A stretch of DNA of 64,000 nucleotides. Source: a bacterium. GTDB taxonomy: Bacteria; Desulfobacterota; DSWW01. Of the stretch, positions 8,968 through 18,428 are shown piece by piece; position 1 is the stretch's first letter, and each line of letters starts with the position of its first letter. Under the pieces are notes generated by a model. That model had not been told where the DNA came from, did no database searches, and saw nothing but the letters and a program-made list of their open reading frames with translations. The position numbers and the translations under genes were made by a program. The stretch lies in NCBI GenBank assembly GCA_040756235.1, contig JBFLZG010000103.1:1-64000 (forward strand). The letters run 5' to 3'.

Positions 8968-9092
8968 AGGCTGTCGATAAATGGCCATCTGCGGCGTTGC
9001 GCTCATCCTTCGTCACTGCGGCGTACTGCCATGTACGCCTCGCTCCTCAGGATTTCGCGCGCCTTGCATCTGGCCATTTCTCACCAGCCTCT
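8966..9092 (+). mobile_element. MITE-like element, family A, short form
   Basis: agaggctg ... cagcctct ends; core shared with 303-552; abuts the fimT stop codon. Confidence 0.7.
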
Positions 9093-9126
9093 CAAGAAGG
9101 GTGTTTTTCGGTACCTCTTACGACGG

Positions 9127-9231
9127 AGGTGTTGGGTATCGGGTTTCAGGTGTCCGTCGCCACCGCCACGACCCAGGGGACATGCAGAAGTATTTGTCTT
9201 GGGCTCTCTTCCTGAAACCTGAAACCTGAAA
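9127..9231. repeat. Inverted heptamer tandem arrays
   Basis: aggtgtt gggtatc gggtttc aggtgtc ... (cctgaaa)x3. Confidence 0.65.
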
Positions 9232-9242
9232 GGGCAGTGGCC

Positions 9243-9626
9243 ATGGCCGGAACGAAGGCTTTCACCCTGGTGGAGTTGGTCATTGCCATGGCCGTGGCTT
9301 CCATCGGCCTGGCGGGTCTCTGGGGCCTCCTGCTGGCCATGGGAGCTTCGCAGGAGCAGACCTCCGCATCCGTGAAGGCCGTGCTGTGCGCCCAGGAGAA
9401 GCTGGAGGAGCTTCGTTTTGGAATCGAGACGGGAGAGGCCATGGCCGCGAGCGGGCGGGAGATCCTCTGCGAGGGCGCGTACCGAAGCATGGAAAGGGCC
9501 TGGACGCTGCGTGCCTCCTCCCTGCACCTCGATCTGGCGCAGATCGAAGTCGAGTGCGCTTACCTCTGGAAGGGAGAAAGCCGCGTCCAGGGGCTGGCGG
9601 CTCTCGTGGTTGGCGGAGGAGGATGA
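9243..9626 (+). CDS. PilV-like minor pilin, set 1
   Basis: TKA|FTLVELVIAMAVASIGL, AQEKLEELR. Confidence 0.8.
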   Translation: MAGTKAFTLVELVIAMAVASIGLAGLWGLLLAMGASQEQTSASVKAVLCAQEKLEELRFGIETGEAMAASGREILCEGAYRSMERAWTLRASSLHLDLAQIEVECAYLWKGESRVQGLAALVVGGGG

Positions 9627-9668
9627 CGGCTGCTCGCCAAAGAAGGACGGCCCTACAGGAGGCACGGA

Positions 9669-10298
9669 ATGCATGGACGCCGCTCGCCGCGGAAAAAGGC
9701 GCGAAGGTCGAAGGGACCCTGCCGGCCGGCCTCTCACCAAGTCCTGCCGGACATCGGAGGGTGGATCCTGGCGGAGATCGTTCCTGCTCTTGCGATCGCC
9801 GTTCTGCTCGTGGGCTTTCTGGTCGAGTCCACGATCGCCGTCCGTCGATGCCTGGGCCACTGGGACAGGGTCCTGCAGACCCGGCAGTCCCTTGCCGCAG
9901 CCCTCTGGTACATGGGGAGAGAGATCCGGATGGGTGGGTGCAACCCCACCGGGGAGGCGAGTCTCGAGGGTGTCGATCTCGTTCCCGAGTCGTCTGAAGG
10001 GCCCGGTCTGAAGCTGGCGATGGACCTTCGAGGAGCTTCGCCCGGGAGCCGGCCCGATGGGGACGCGGATGACCCAGACGAACAGGTCCGCTACCGCTGG
10101 GCAGAGGCGGACGCCGTCCTGTCTCGCAACCGCCAGCCGGTCGCCAGCGGCATCCGGCCCAATCCGGCCGGAGAGCCCCTCTTCTCGATGCGCAGGAACG
10201 GGGACCGCGTCCTGGTCCGGCTGTTTCTGACCGCTGGCTCTTCGCACGAGGAGGCCATGAGCCTGTCCACGTCTGTGGCCGTTCGCAACGTCCAGTGA
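9669..10298 (+). CDS. PilW-like minor pilin, set 1; start uncertain
   Basis: GG|WILAEIVPALAIAVLL with E5, MGREIRMGG, C-terminal VAVRN. Confidence 0.7.
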   Translation: MHGRRSPRKKARRSKGPCRPASHQVLPDIGGWILAEIVPALAIAVLLVGFLVESTIAVRRCLGHWDRVLQTRQSLAAALWYMGREIRMGGCNPTGEASLEGVDLVPESSEGPGLKLAMDLRGASPGSRPDGDADDPDEQVRYRWAEADAVLSRNRQPVASGIRPNPAGEPLFSMRRNGDRVLVRLFLTAGSSHEEAMSLSTSVAVRNVQ

Positions 10299-10304
10299 AA
10301 GAAA

Positions 10305-10399
10305 AGGTGTCAGGTATCGGGTGTCAGGTTTCAGGGGAAGACCTAAGAAAAGGGATCAAGTTCTTAGGGATCCGGCGGCCTGACACCTGATACCCGGAA
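10305..10399. repeat. Inverted heptamer tandem arrays
   Basis: aggtgtc aggtatc gggtgtc aggtttc ... cctgaca cctgata cccggaa. Confidence 0.65.
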
Positions 10400-10410
10400 A
10401 GGGGTTCGCC

Positions 10411-10950
10411 GTGCATCTCGGATCCCCATGCCAGGATCGGCGTCAGGGTACCGTTCTCCTGTTCACCCTGATCCTGTCGGCTTTTCTGTCCGGTCTCCTC
10501 CTGCTCGCCACAACGGCCAGGATCTTCGACGCGAAAGGGTCCCGGTTCCTCGAGGAATCGATCCGCCTCCTGTATCTTGCGGACAGCGGGTTGGCCCATG
10601 GGCAGGCATACTGCATGACCCGCGGCGCCGACGCTCTGGACCCGGAGGGGGGCGAGACGGGAGACGGGGAAGCCGCAGGAGACCAAGGAGAAGGCGAGGG
10701 AGGGGCCGGAGGAGCCGGCGAAATCGCTTACGAAGATCGGCCTTTCGGCCGATGGATATCATTCGGAGGGGGGCAGTACAGGCTCGAGGCTTTTGACCTG
10801 ACCCGCCAAAGCTCGCCTTATCTGGCGCGGGACTCCGGGGTCCTTCTGGTCTGCACGTCCTCCGTGGCCGGGATGCCGGGAAGGAAGCTTTGCCTTCTGC
10901 TCGATGGACCGCCCGCCTGGAAGCGGCTGGCCTGGTGGGAGCCCGAGTGA
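10411..10950 (+). CDS. PilX-like minor pilin, set 1
   Basis: RQG|TVLLFTLIL lacking E5, YLADSGL motif, position after PilW-like gene. Confidence 0.7.
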   Translation: MHLGSPCQDRRQGTVLLFTLILSAFLSGLLLLATTARIFDAKGSRFLEESIRLLYLADSGLAHGQAYCMTRGADALDPEGGETGDGEAAGDQGEGEGGAGGAGEIAYEDRPFGRWISFGGGQYRLEAFDLTRQSSPYLARDSGVLLVCTSSVAGMPGRKLCLLLDGPPAWKRLAWWEPE

Positions 10951-11215
10951 GGGCTGCCCCGTGCCGTGCCCGACTCCCTGCCTCTCGGATCTCTCGGGAC
11001 GCTTGCGGCTGGTACATGGATTGCACTGAACGCTGTCTCAAAACGAGAGAGGGCCTCATGGAACTTCAGATAAACGATCGGAACAACAACAAAAACAATC
11101 TGCTCCGGGGTGCTCGGAAGGCTCCGGAACAGATCATTTTCGCTCTGCTTTCAGCCCCTTAGTCTGAATGCGCGTCAGATGGGGATAAATTGCTTCCACA
11201 ACGAGCCGATAAGCC

Positions 11216-11245
11216 TTGACAAAAATGACAAATTTCATTCATGAT
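11216..11245 (+). promoter_or_regulatory. Possible sigma70 promoter for pilMNOPQ
   Basis: TTGACA-N18-CATGAT in an AT-rich patch. Confidence 0.35.
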
Positions 11246-11490
11246 CCGTCAGCCTCTTGACCCCCCGCAAGCCGCGCCGGGGAAGCCCGGGAGTTACGAA
11301 AATGTGCCAGTCAAACCGAAAGAGCTTCCGTTCGAGCGAGGGTGCGGCAACCGAGCTCGACCGCATATGGTCGGACGACTTGAGAGGGGCTCGACCGCAG
11401 CATCGGTCGTCCGGGAGGCAAGCCGAAAGCAGGGGCCCGGAGCCCCGGCACCCCAAAGTTGGATGAACTAGTTACAAAAGAGGAACTTTC

Positions 11491-12561
11491 ATGCTGCTTG
11501 GCAAAAAGAACCATCTCTTCGCGCTGGACATCGGCTCGAGCTCGCTCAAGCTGGCAGAGGTCCGAAGCAATGGGAGGGGATATCAGCTTCTCAACGCAGG
11601 CATGATGCCCTTGCCTCCTGACGCCATCGTGGAGGGGGCCATCATGAACGCCTCGGCCGTGGTCGAGGCGATCCGCAACCTGCTGGAGGTGCATCGGCCC
11701 CGCACCCGCAACGTGGCCACCTCGGTTTCCGGCCACTCGGTCATCATCAAGAAGATCAGCCTGCCCTCCATGTCGCCGGAAGAGCTCTCCCAGTCCATCC
11801 AGTGGGAGGCGGAGCAGTACGTGCCCTTCAACATCCACGAGGTCAACCTGGACTACCAGATCCTGCCGGCTGCGCCCGGCGCCAAGGGAGAGGGATCGGA
11901 TCAGATGAGCGTCCTGCTCGTGGCGGCCAAGAAAGAGCTCGTGGAGGACTATGCCACGCTGCTGCGCGAGGCGGACCTTCGACCGGTGCTGATCGACGTG
12001 GACTCCTTCGCCGTGGAAAACATGTACGAGGCCAATTACGAAACCGAGGAGGACGAGCTCGTCGCCTTGTTCAACATCGGCGCGAGCGTGACCAACATCA
12101 ACGTGTTCAAGGACGGCGTCTCCCTGTTCACCCGGGACATCCACTTCGGCGGCAACCAGTTCAATGAAGAGATCCAGAAGGACTTGAGCGTCGGCGTGCA
12201 CGAGGCCGAGCAGTTGAAGATCGGCCTGCCCGGGACCGCGAACACCGGGGCCGAGGTCCGGGACATCCTCGGCCGCGTCACCGAAACGCTGCTCACGGAG
12301 GTCCAGCGCTCGCTCGAGTTCTTTGCGGCAAGCTCCGGAGAGCAGCGGATTCACAAAGTCGTGCTCTGCGGCGGATGCTCATCGATGAACGGTCTGGTGG
12401 AAAAGACCGAGGAGCGGCTCGGCATCCCGGTGGAGCAGGCCGATCCGTTCCGTAAGGTCACGGTCGATTCCTCCCGGTGGAAATCGGACTACCTGCGCGG
12501 GATCGCTCCGTTCATGGGCGTCAGCATGGGCCTCGCCATCCGGAGGGTAGGAGAACAATGA
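11491..12561 (+). CDS. pilM: Type IV pilus assembly protein PilM
   Basis: ALDIGSSSLK, WEAEQYVPF..VNLDY, NIGASVTNI, LCGG actin-like motifs. Confidence 0.95.
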   Translation: MLLGKKNHLFALDIGSSSLKLAEVRSNGRGYQLLNAGMMPLPPDAIVEGAIMNASAVVEAIRNLLEVHRPRTRNVATSVSGHSVIIKKISLPSMSPEELSQSIQWEAEQYVPFNIHEVNLDYQILPAAPGAKGEGSDQMSVLLVAAKKELVEDYATLLREADLRPVLIDVDSFAVENMYEANYETEEDELVALFNIGASVTNINVFKDGVSLFTRDIHFGGNQFNEEIQKDLSVGVHEAEQLKIGLPGTANTGAEVRDILGRVTETLLTEVQRSLEFFAASSGEQRIHKVVLCGGCSSMNGLVEKTEERLGIPVEQADPFRKVTVDSSRWKSDYLRGIAPFMGVSMGLAIRRVGEQ

Positions 12562-13151
12562 TACGGATCAATCTGCTATCGGACCGGGAGGCGATCCGCA
12601 AGGAGAGCGTCCGGCAGCAACTGTCGATCTACCTGTTGAGCCTCGTGCTCACCGCGGTCGTGCTGGGCGGCATCCAGTTCACGCTCTTCCAAAAGAAGCG
12701 GGGTCTCGAAGAGGACGTCGCCCGGGTCGATCAGGAGCTCAAGGAGCTCAAGCTCAAGGTCGGTGAGGTGGAGAAATACAAGGAGGCCAAGAAGGAGCTG
12801 GAGACCAAGCTCGCCGTCATCGAGACGCTCGAGAAGGGAAAGATGCTCACCGCCACGTTGCTGGACGGCATCGCGGAGCGGATCCCGGACAAGATGTGGC
12901 TGGAGCGGCTCGTTCTCAAAGGCAGCCAGCTTTCCCTCCAGGGCTACGCCATCGACAACGAGACGATCGCCAATTTCATGAAGGACCTGGAAAAGTCGCA
13001 ATCCTTTCGCAACATCGAGCTACAGCTCACGGAGCAGAAGACGGTGGAAGGCGTCGGCATGAAGCATTTCTCCCTGGTGACCTCCATGCGCCCGCCCGCG
13101 GGGGCCGATGCGCCAGAGGCCGGAACGAAGGTCGTCCAGAAGAAACAGTGA
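12558..13151 (+). CDS. pilN: Type IV pilus assembly protein PilN
   Basis: MIRINLL motif, TM, coiled coil; ATGA overlap with pilM. Confidence 0.93.
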   Translation: MIRINLLSDREAIRKESVRQQLSIYLLSLVLTAVVLGGIQFTLFQKKRGLEEDVARVDQELKELKLKVGEVEKYKEAKKELETKLAVIETLEKGKMLTATLLDGIAERIPDKMWLERLVLKGSQLSLQGYAIDNETIANFMKDLEKSQSFRNIELQLTEQKTVEGVGMKHFSLVTSMRPPAGADAPEAGTKVVQKKQ

Positions 13152-13189
13152 CTCCAAGGCCTCACGCGCTGAGGCGCAAACGGTGACCC

Positions 13190-13834
13190 ATGGAACTGTC
13201 TCCGCAGAATCTCGTGAAGCTGGACCGGTCCAAGAAGATCGCTGTGCTGGTCGGGACCATCCTGCTGGTGTGCGCGGCCTATGTCTGGCTCTTCTTTCTG
13301 CCGACGCGGGCGCGTATCAGCGAGCTGGATGGACGGTTGGGCAAGCTGCTCGACCAGAAGGCCGAACAGGAGGCGATCGCCCAGAACCTGCAGACGTTCA
13401 AGCAGGAGTACGAACGGCTGGAGAGCTCTCTCCGGGCAGCCATGTCCCAGTTGCCCAACAAGAAGGAGATCCCCACTCTTCTGGAGAACATTTCCAACCT
13501 GGGCCGGGAGTCCGGCCTGGAGCTGCCCCTGTTCCGGCCCGGCCTGGAGCAGCCCAAGGAGTTCTACGCCGAGGTGCCGATCGACATCAAGCTCGTCGGG
13601 CCGTTCCAGAACATGCTGGCCTTCTACTACAGCGTGGGCGAGCTGCCGAGGATCGTGAACATCACCGAGCTCACGGTCGAACGCGCAAAGGGGGACAGCT
13701 CTCCCCCGGTCCTGGAAGCGTCCTGCAAGGCCTTGACCTACAAGTTCCTCGAGGAAGCGGAAAGGGCCCAGGCGGCCGAGAAGAGCCAGAAGCAGAAGCA
13801 GAAGAAGAGAAACACCTCCGCACAGGAAGAGTAA
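13190..13834 (+). CDS. pilO: Type IV pilus assembly protein PilO
   Basis: TM, coiled coil, QLPNKKEIPTLL, FYAEVPI, LPRIVNI. Confidence 0.93.
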   Translation: MELSPQNLVKLDRSKKIAVLVGTILLVCAAYVWLFFLPTRARISELDGRLGKLLDQKAEQEAIAQNLQTFKQEYERLESSLRAAMSQLPNKKEIPTLLENISNLGRESGLELPLFRPGLEQPKEFYAEVPIDIKLVGPFQNMLAFYYSVGELPRIVNITELTVERAKGDSSPPVLEASCKALTYKFLEEAERAQAAEKSQKQKQKKRNTSAQEE

Positions 13835-13839
13835 AGGCA

Positions 13840-14607
13840 ATGGAACGATCAGGGGGAGCTCGCAGGAAGAGGAAGTGCGCAGCGATCGAAAGGTGCGCGT
13901 CCGCCGTGATCGCGCTGGCCCTGGCCTTGGCCGCACCGTGTCTCCTTTCCGGCTGCAAGGACCGGGATGCGCAGCCCGGGCCCACGGTGAAGCGGGTGGC
14001 CCCGGCGGTGAAGGCGACGGGCTCCGAGCCGAAGGCCGCGAAAGCGCCCGGGGAGACGACGAGCCCGGCGGAGGCGCCGGCTGAGGCCGAGGAGGCGGAA
14101 GCCGCGCAGGACCCGGTTGACGCCGAAGAATCTGCCGCCGTGCAGGATGCTGCCGGCGCCGAAGAGGCTGCCGCAGCGCAGGACGCTGCTGTCACCGAAG
14201 AGGTGGCCATTGTGTCTCCTGCAAGCCCGCTGCCTCCGTCAGCCCCTGCGGGCCGGATGCGACCGAAGCGGGACCCGTTCAAGTCTTTCGTGGAAGTGCG
14301 GGCGCCCGTGGCCGTCCAGAGATCTTCCAAGGCGCTCACCCCCCTTCAGATGTACAAACTCGAGCAGCTCAAGGTGGTCGGTATTCTCATGGGGGAGACC
14401 ATCAAGAAAGCCCTCCTGGAAGACGATGTAGGAAAAGGCTACATGGTCCAGGAAGGGGATCTGGTGGGAGACCAGGACGGGAAGATCACTTCGATCGAGA
14501 AGGACAGGATCGTTGTGGAGGAAAGCTATCGGGATCCTCTGGGGGAGCCGAAGGCGAGACGGACCGTGAAGAGGCTGTATTCAAGTGAGGAAGGAGAGAA
14601 TCCATGA
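13840..14607 (+). CDS. pilP: Type IV pilus lipoprotein PilP with long acidic linker
   Basis: Lipobox LLSGC, KRDPF, TPLQMYKLEQLKVVGI. Confidence 0.9.
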   Translation: MERSGGARRKRKCAAIERCASAVIALALALAAPCLLSGCKDRDAQPGPTVKRVAPAVKATGSEPKAAKAPGETTSPAEAPAEAEEAEAAQDPVDAEESAAVQDAAGAEEAAAAQDAAVTEEVAIVSPASPLPPSAPAGRMRPKRDPFKSFVEVRAPVAVQRSSKALTPLQMYKLEQLKVVGILMGETIKKALLEDDVGKGYMVQEGDLVGDQDGKITSIEKDRIVVEESYRDPLGEPKARRTVKRLYSSEEGENP

Positions 14608-17471
14608 CCCTGTTCCCGCTGGTGACAGAACGCCATGCAGCCAGCCGTGAGACCGCCTGTGGCCAGGGCAGAAAAGGATTCCGCGTGGCTCGTCCGGGAG
14701 GAGGTGCGCTCGAACCTTGTCTGGCCTGCGGTTTGGCCGTTCTGCTTCTCGTGGCAGGCTGTGCCACAGGAGAGGGGCAACTTGCCGTCGACTCCGGACA
14801 GGTCCCATCCGACTCCGTGAACGTCCTGGAACAGGTAACGGTTGCCACCGAGCCGGATTCCACTCGGGTGACGCTGACCGGAAGAGCGCCCCTGCGGTAT
14901 ACCGTCTTTCCGGCAACGGGCCCGAACCGGATCCTGGTCTATCTCCAAAACGCTGAAGTCCAGCCCCTTTCCCTTCCCGATCCCCTCGACCGGGGCGGGG
15001 TTCACCGAATTTACCCTGAGCTCGTGGACAAGGAAGGCGATCCGTTGACTCGAATCGTGATCGAGCTCGCGGAGCCGCTGGAGCAAACCGTCCGAGAAGA
15101 TGGCAAGAGCCTCCACCTGATATTCGCCCGGCAAAATGCCACGGCCCCTGAGATCGTCACCGAGGATCCGGGGACGGAGCTTGCGGCCGGAGAGGACCTT
15201 CAGGCTCTCGCCGAGACCGCAGGCGCGGACGGACGGTCCGTGCATCCGGCTGAAGGCACGGCGGGACCCGCCTCCGACGCTCCGCAGGAGCGCTGGGAGC
15301 AGGATGGGATGATCGAGGAGTTCGGCGGCCCCTTCACGCGGATCACGCTCCAGGGGGTCGTGCGGGAAGACGGTTACAAGTACTTCCGGCTTCCGGATCC
15401 GCCGCGCCTGGTGGTGGACGTGGAGAACCCGCCGGCCGTGCCCTCCTTCGATACGGTAGCCTTGAAGGGAGAGGCGTTCGAGCAGCTGCGGGTGGGGCGC
15501 TATCCGGACAAGGTCCGGTTCGTTCTGGACATGCGGGGCCAGGAGCTTGCCGCCCCGGCGGTGCGCGCCGAAGACGGCAGCCTCGTCATCGAGTCCCGGG
15601 TCGCGCAAGCCGGCCCGGCTGCGGCTGCAGAGACCTCGGCAACCGCATCCTGGGAGCCCATCGAGGTCACGGGCGTGGAGGTCCTGCAGACGCCGCGTTC
15701 CTCGGACGTGATCATCCGCACCGCAGGCAAGGCGACGTTCGACGTGCGCGAGCTCGACCGGGAGATCGTGATCGTGCTGCCGGGGGCCTCGATCCCGGAG
15801 AGCCTGCAGAAGCCCGTGGAAGCCGGCGCTCCGGCGTCGGCAGTGGCTGCGGTCGTTCCGAGACAGGTGGGGAGCGGCCCGACCGGTCAGGCCAGAGTTG
15901 CGGTCCGCATGAATGAGAAGAGACCCTACCTGGTCCAGCAGGAGAACGGCTCCATCCGGGTGAGCGTGCAGCTCCTGGAGAAGGCGCCGGAGCTGCCTCC
16001 GCCTCCCTCCGCAGAGATCGCTCAGGCGCCCCAGCCCGTGCTGTCGCCGGAACGCAAGCCTCCGGAGGCCGGACCGAAAGCTCCCGAGCCGGCACGGGAG
16101 CCTGCGGTCAGGCCGCAGGTGGTGCGGGAGCCCAGGCCTATCGTGGCCGCGCAAGCCGGTCCCGACCACATCATCCGCTACAACGGGAAGAGAATCTCTC
16201 TGGATTTCAAGGACGCCGATATCCAGAACGTCCTGCGGCTCATCGCCGAGGTCAGCGGGAAGAACATCGTGATCAGCGATGCGGTCCAGGGCAAGGTGAC
16301 GATCCGGCTCATGGAGGTCCCCTGGGACATGGCGCTCGACGTGATCCTCAGGACGTACGGCCTGGGCCAGGAGGAGATGGGGCCCAACATCCTGCGCATT
16401 GCGCCGTTCACGCAGCTCAAGAAGGAGCGGGAGGAGGCCCTGAAGGCAGACGAAGCCCTCGAGAACGTGGAGCCTCTGGCCGTTCAGATCGTGCCGGTGA
16501 ACTATGCGCGGGCGAAGGATCTCGAGCCGGTGCTTGCCCGGTTCCGGAGCAAGAGGACAGAGGCAGGGATCCTGGTGGACGGACGCACCAACTCCATCAT
16601 CATCCGCGACTTGCAGGTCAACATCGACGAGATGCTGCGCGTGATCCGGGATCTGGATACCCAGACGCCGCAGGTGCTGATCGAGGCCAAGATCGTGGAG
16701 CTGGCCGTGGACTTCGAGCGTGAGCTGGGGGTTCAGTGGGGAGCGCTCTACCGGGCCAGCCCGGCAACCGGAAACGCCACGGGGCTCAACTTCCCGAACA
16801 ACGTCGGGATCGGCGGAGTGGTCGACCAGGTCACCGGCTCCCAGGTCCCGGGCGTGTCCAACCCCGTGATCAACCTGCCCGCCGCGATCGACACCACCGC
16901 GGGCGGCGCCCTGGGTCTTTCCCTGGGCTCGCTGACGAACTCTTTCCGGCTCGATGCGCAGCTGAGCGCCCTCGAGAAGCAGCGCAAGGCGCGGGTGCTC
17001 TCCAGCCCGCGAGTGGCGACCCTGAACAACCAGGAAGCGAGGATCGAGCAGGGCCAGGAGGTGCCGTATCAGACGACTTCGGATGAGGGCACCAAGACCG
17101 AATTCAAAGACGCCAAGCTCCGGCTCTCGGTCACGCCGCAGATCACGTTCGACCGCAGCATCGTCATGGCGATCGTCGTGAGCAACGACACGCCGATCAA
17201 GGACCCTACGGTCGGCTTCATCATCCAGAAGAAGGAGGCGCAGACGTCGGCTCTCGTGAAAGACGGAGAGACGGCCGTGATCGGAGGGATCTTCACCGAC
17301 AACGATTCGACCACGGTGGGTGGGGTTCCCTTCTTCAAGGACATCCCGGTCGTTGGGCACGCTTTCCGGAAGGATGGCAAGTCCGATCTGAGGTCCGAGC
17401 TCGTGATCTTCATCACGCCGCACATCATTCCGATCAAGCAGGAGAGGGCGGCAGGGGAGTGGGTCCAGTAA
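14604..17471 (+). CDS. pilQ: Type IV pilus secretin with N-terminal AMIN-like domains
   Basis: DPPRLVVD, YNGKRISLDFKDADI, VPWDMALD, QVLIEAKIVE, GETAVIGG, ELVIFITP. Confidence 0.96.
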   Translation: MTLFPLVTERHAASRETACGQGRKGFRVARPGGGALEPCLACGLAVLLLVAGCATGEGQLAVDSGQVPSDSVNVLEQVTVATEPDSTRVTLTGRAPLRYTVFPATGPNRILVYLQNAEVQPLSLPDPLDRGGVHRIYPELVDKEGDPLTRIVIELAEPLEQTVREDGKSLHLIFARQNATAPEIVTEDPGTELAAGEDLQALAETAGADGRSVHPAEGTAGPASDAPQERWEQDGMIEEFGGPFTRITLQGVVREDGYKYFRLPDPPRLVVDVENPPAVPSFDTVALKGEAFEQLRVGRYPDKVRFVLDMRGQELAAPAVRAEDGSLVIESRVAQAGPAAAAETSATASWEPIEVTGVEVLQTPRSSDVIIRTAGKATFDVRELDREIVIVLPGASIPESLQKPVEAGAPASAVAAVVPRQVGSGPTGQARVAVRMNEKRPYLVQQENGSIRVSVQLLEKAPELPPPPSAEIAQAPQPVLSPERKPPEAGPKAPEPAREPAVRPQVVREPRPIVAAQAGPDHIIRYNGKRISLDFKDADIQNVLRLIAEVSGKNIVISDAVQGKVTIRLMEVPWDMALDVILRTYGLGQEEMGPNILRIAPFTQLKKEREEALKADEALENVEPLAVQIVPVNYARAKDLEPVLARFRSKRTEAGILVDGRTNSIIIRDLQVNIDEMLRVIRDLDTQTPQVLIEAKIVELAVDFERELGVQWGALYRASPATGNATGLNFPNNVGIGGVVDQVTGSQVPGVSNPVINLPAAIDTTAGGALGLSLGSLTNSFRLDAQLSALEKQRKARVLSSPRVATLNNQEARIEQGQEVPYQTTSDEGTKTEFKDAKLRLSVTPQITFDRSIVMAIVVSNDTPIKDPTVGFIIQKKEAQTSALVKDGETAVIGGIFTDNDSTTVGGVPFFKDIPVVGHAFRKDGKSDLRSELVIFITPHIIPIKQERAAGEWVQ

Positions 17472-17566
17472 TATCGACCCCGGCAGGACACCGTCGAAGA
17501 TTGGAGATACCGGGCACGTCGGAGCGACAGATAGAGCCATTTCCAAGTAGAAGGAGAGAATGAGCA

Positions 17567-18196
17567 ATGATCCAGCACACGCATCTTGGCGCCCTCAAGG
17601 CGCTGCCCCTGGTTCTCGGCGCTATTGCTCTCGCGTTCGGCTGCGGCGACATTCCGGGAGACGCCGACGAAACCGGCTCGGTCATCAACGTGGAGATGAT
17701 CACCGGGGTGTACGACGGACAAGACAGCAACACGGTGGACGCCGTTCAGGACCTGTGCGTGCAAGAGGAGGGGCCTGTCGAAGCGGAGCCCTTCTTCGAC
17801 CATTTCGCCCGCGCCCTGATCACCAACCGCTCGCTGCCCAACAGCACGGAGCAGAGCGCGAGCCCGGTGTACATCCATTCCTATACGGTAACCTATCAGC
17901 TGGCTGGAAACGTGCCGGCGCCGAATCTCGATCCCTATGTGGAGGTACCCCTCCTGGATAGCCGGGGGATCGAGCCCTGCCAGTCGGGCAGCCAATGCGC
18001 GCCCACGGAATATGTGGGGCTGAAGTTCATGGACGTGGCGAAGAGGGCGGAATATGTGAGCAAAGGCGGAGATCCCTTCCAAGAGGCGACTTACAACATC
18101 AATTACACCTTCCGAGGTGAGAACCTGTTCGGCGAGGATTTCACCTTCGGGGGCAGCACCAACTTCACCATTACAGACTACGATAACTGCGACTGA
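17567..18196 (+). CDS. Putative lipoprotein downstream of pilQ
   Basis: Hydrophobic signal ending LAFGC, RBS aaggag, several Cys. Confidence 0.75.
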   Translation: MIQHTHLGALKALPLVLGAIALAFGCGDIPGDADETGSVINVEMITGVYDGQDSNTVDAVQDLCVQEEGPVEAEPFFDHFARALITNRSLPNSTEQSASPVYIHSYTVTYQLAGNVPAPNLDPYVEVPLLDSRGIEPCQSGSQCAPTEYVGLKFMDVAKRAEYVSKGGDPFQEATYNINYTFRGENLFGEDFTFGGSTNFTITDYDNCD

Positions 18197-18198
18197 CG

Positions 18199-18428
18199 GT
18201 AGGGGCAGGTTTGAAACCTGCCCCTACATGCTCGCCTTCTCAGTCATTCCCGGTCATGATCACGCAGGGAGAGCACCTCCAAGGATGGGATGGAGACCTC
18301 CATCCCATCCGGCGGTACCACCCGGGGTTGCAGGCGCGCTGGTTGCTGTGCCCAGGATCCCGGGACGGGCGACGCATGCGTCGTTGCCGCAAGGCCAGGG
18401 GGAGGGCAGGTTTGAAACCTTGCCCCTA
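18199..18428. repeat. REP-like palindromes between convergent operons
   Basis: gtaggggcaggtttgaaacctgcccctac at 18199, second copy at 18401, hairpin ggatgggatggag..ctccatcccatcc between them. Confidence 0.7.

Noticed and set aside
11250..11480. c-di-GMP/cGAMP riboswitch upstream of pilM (also considered 27480-27560)
   Set aside because: Could not identify the conserved GEMM motifs by eye; needs an Rfam scan
14526..17567. 1013-aa minus-strand ORF and similar long antisense ORFs (e.g. 47697-50546, 56328-58406, 24109-25920)
   Set aside because: Shadow frames of well-supported genes in high-GC DNA, with no recognisable motifs
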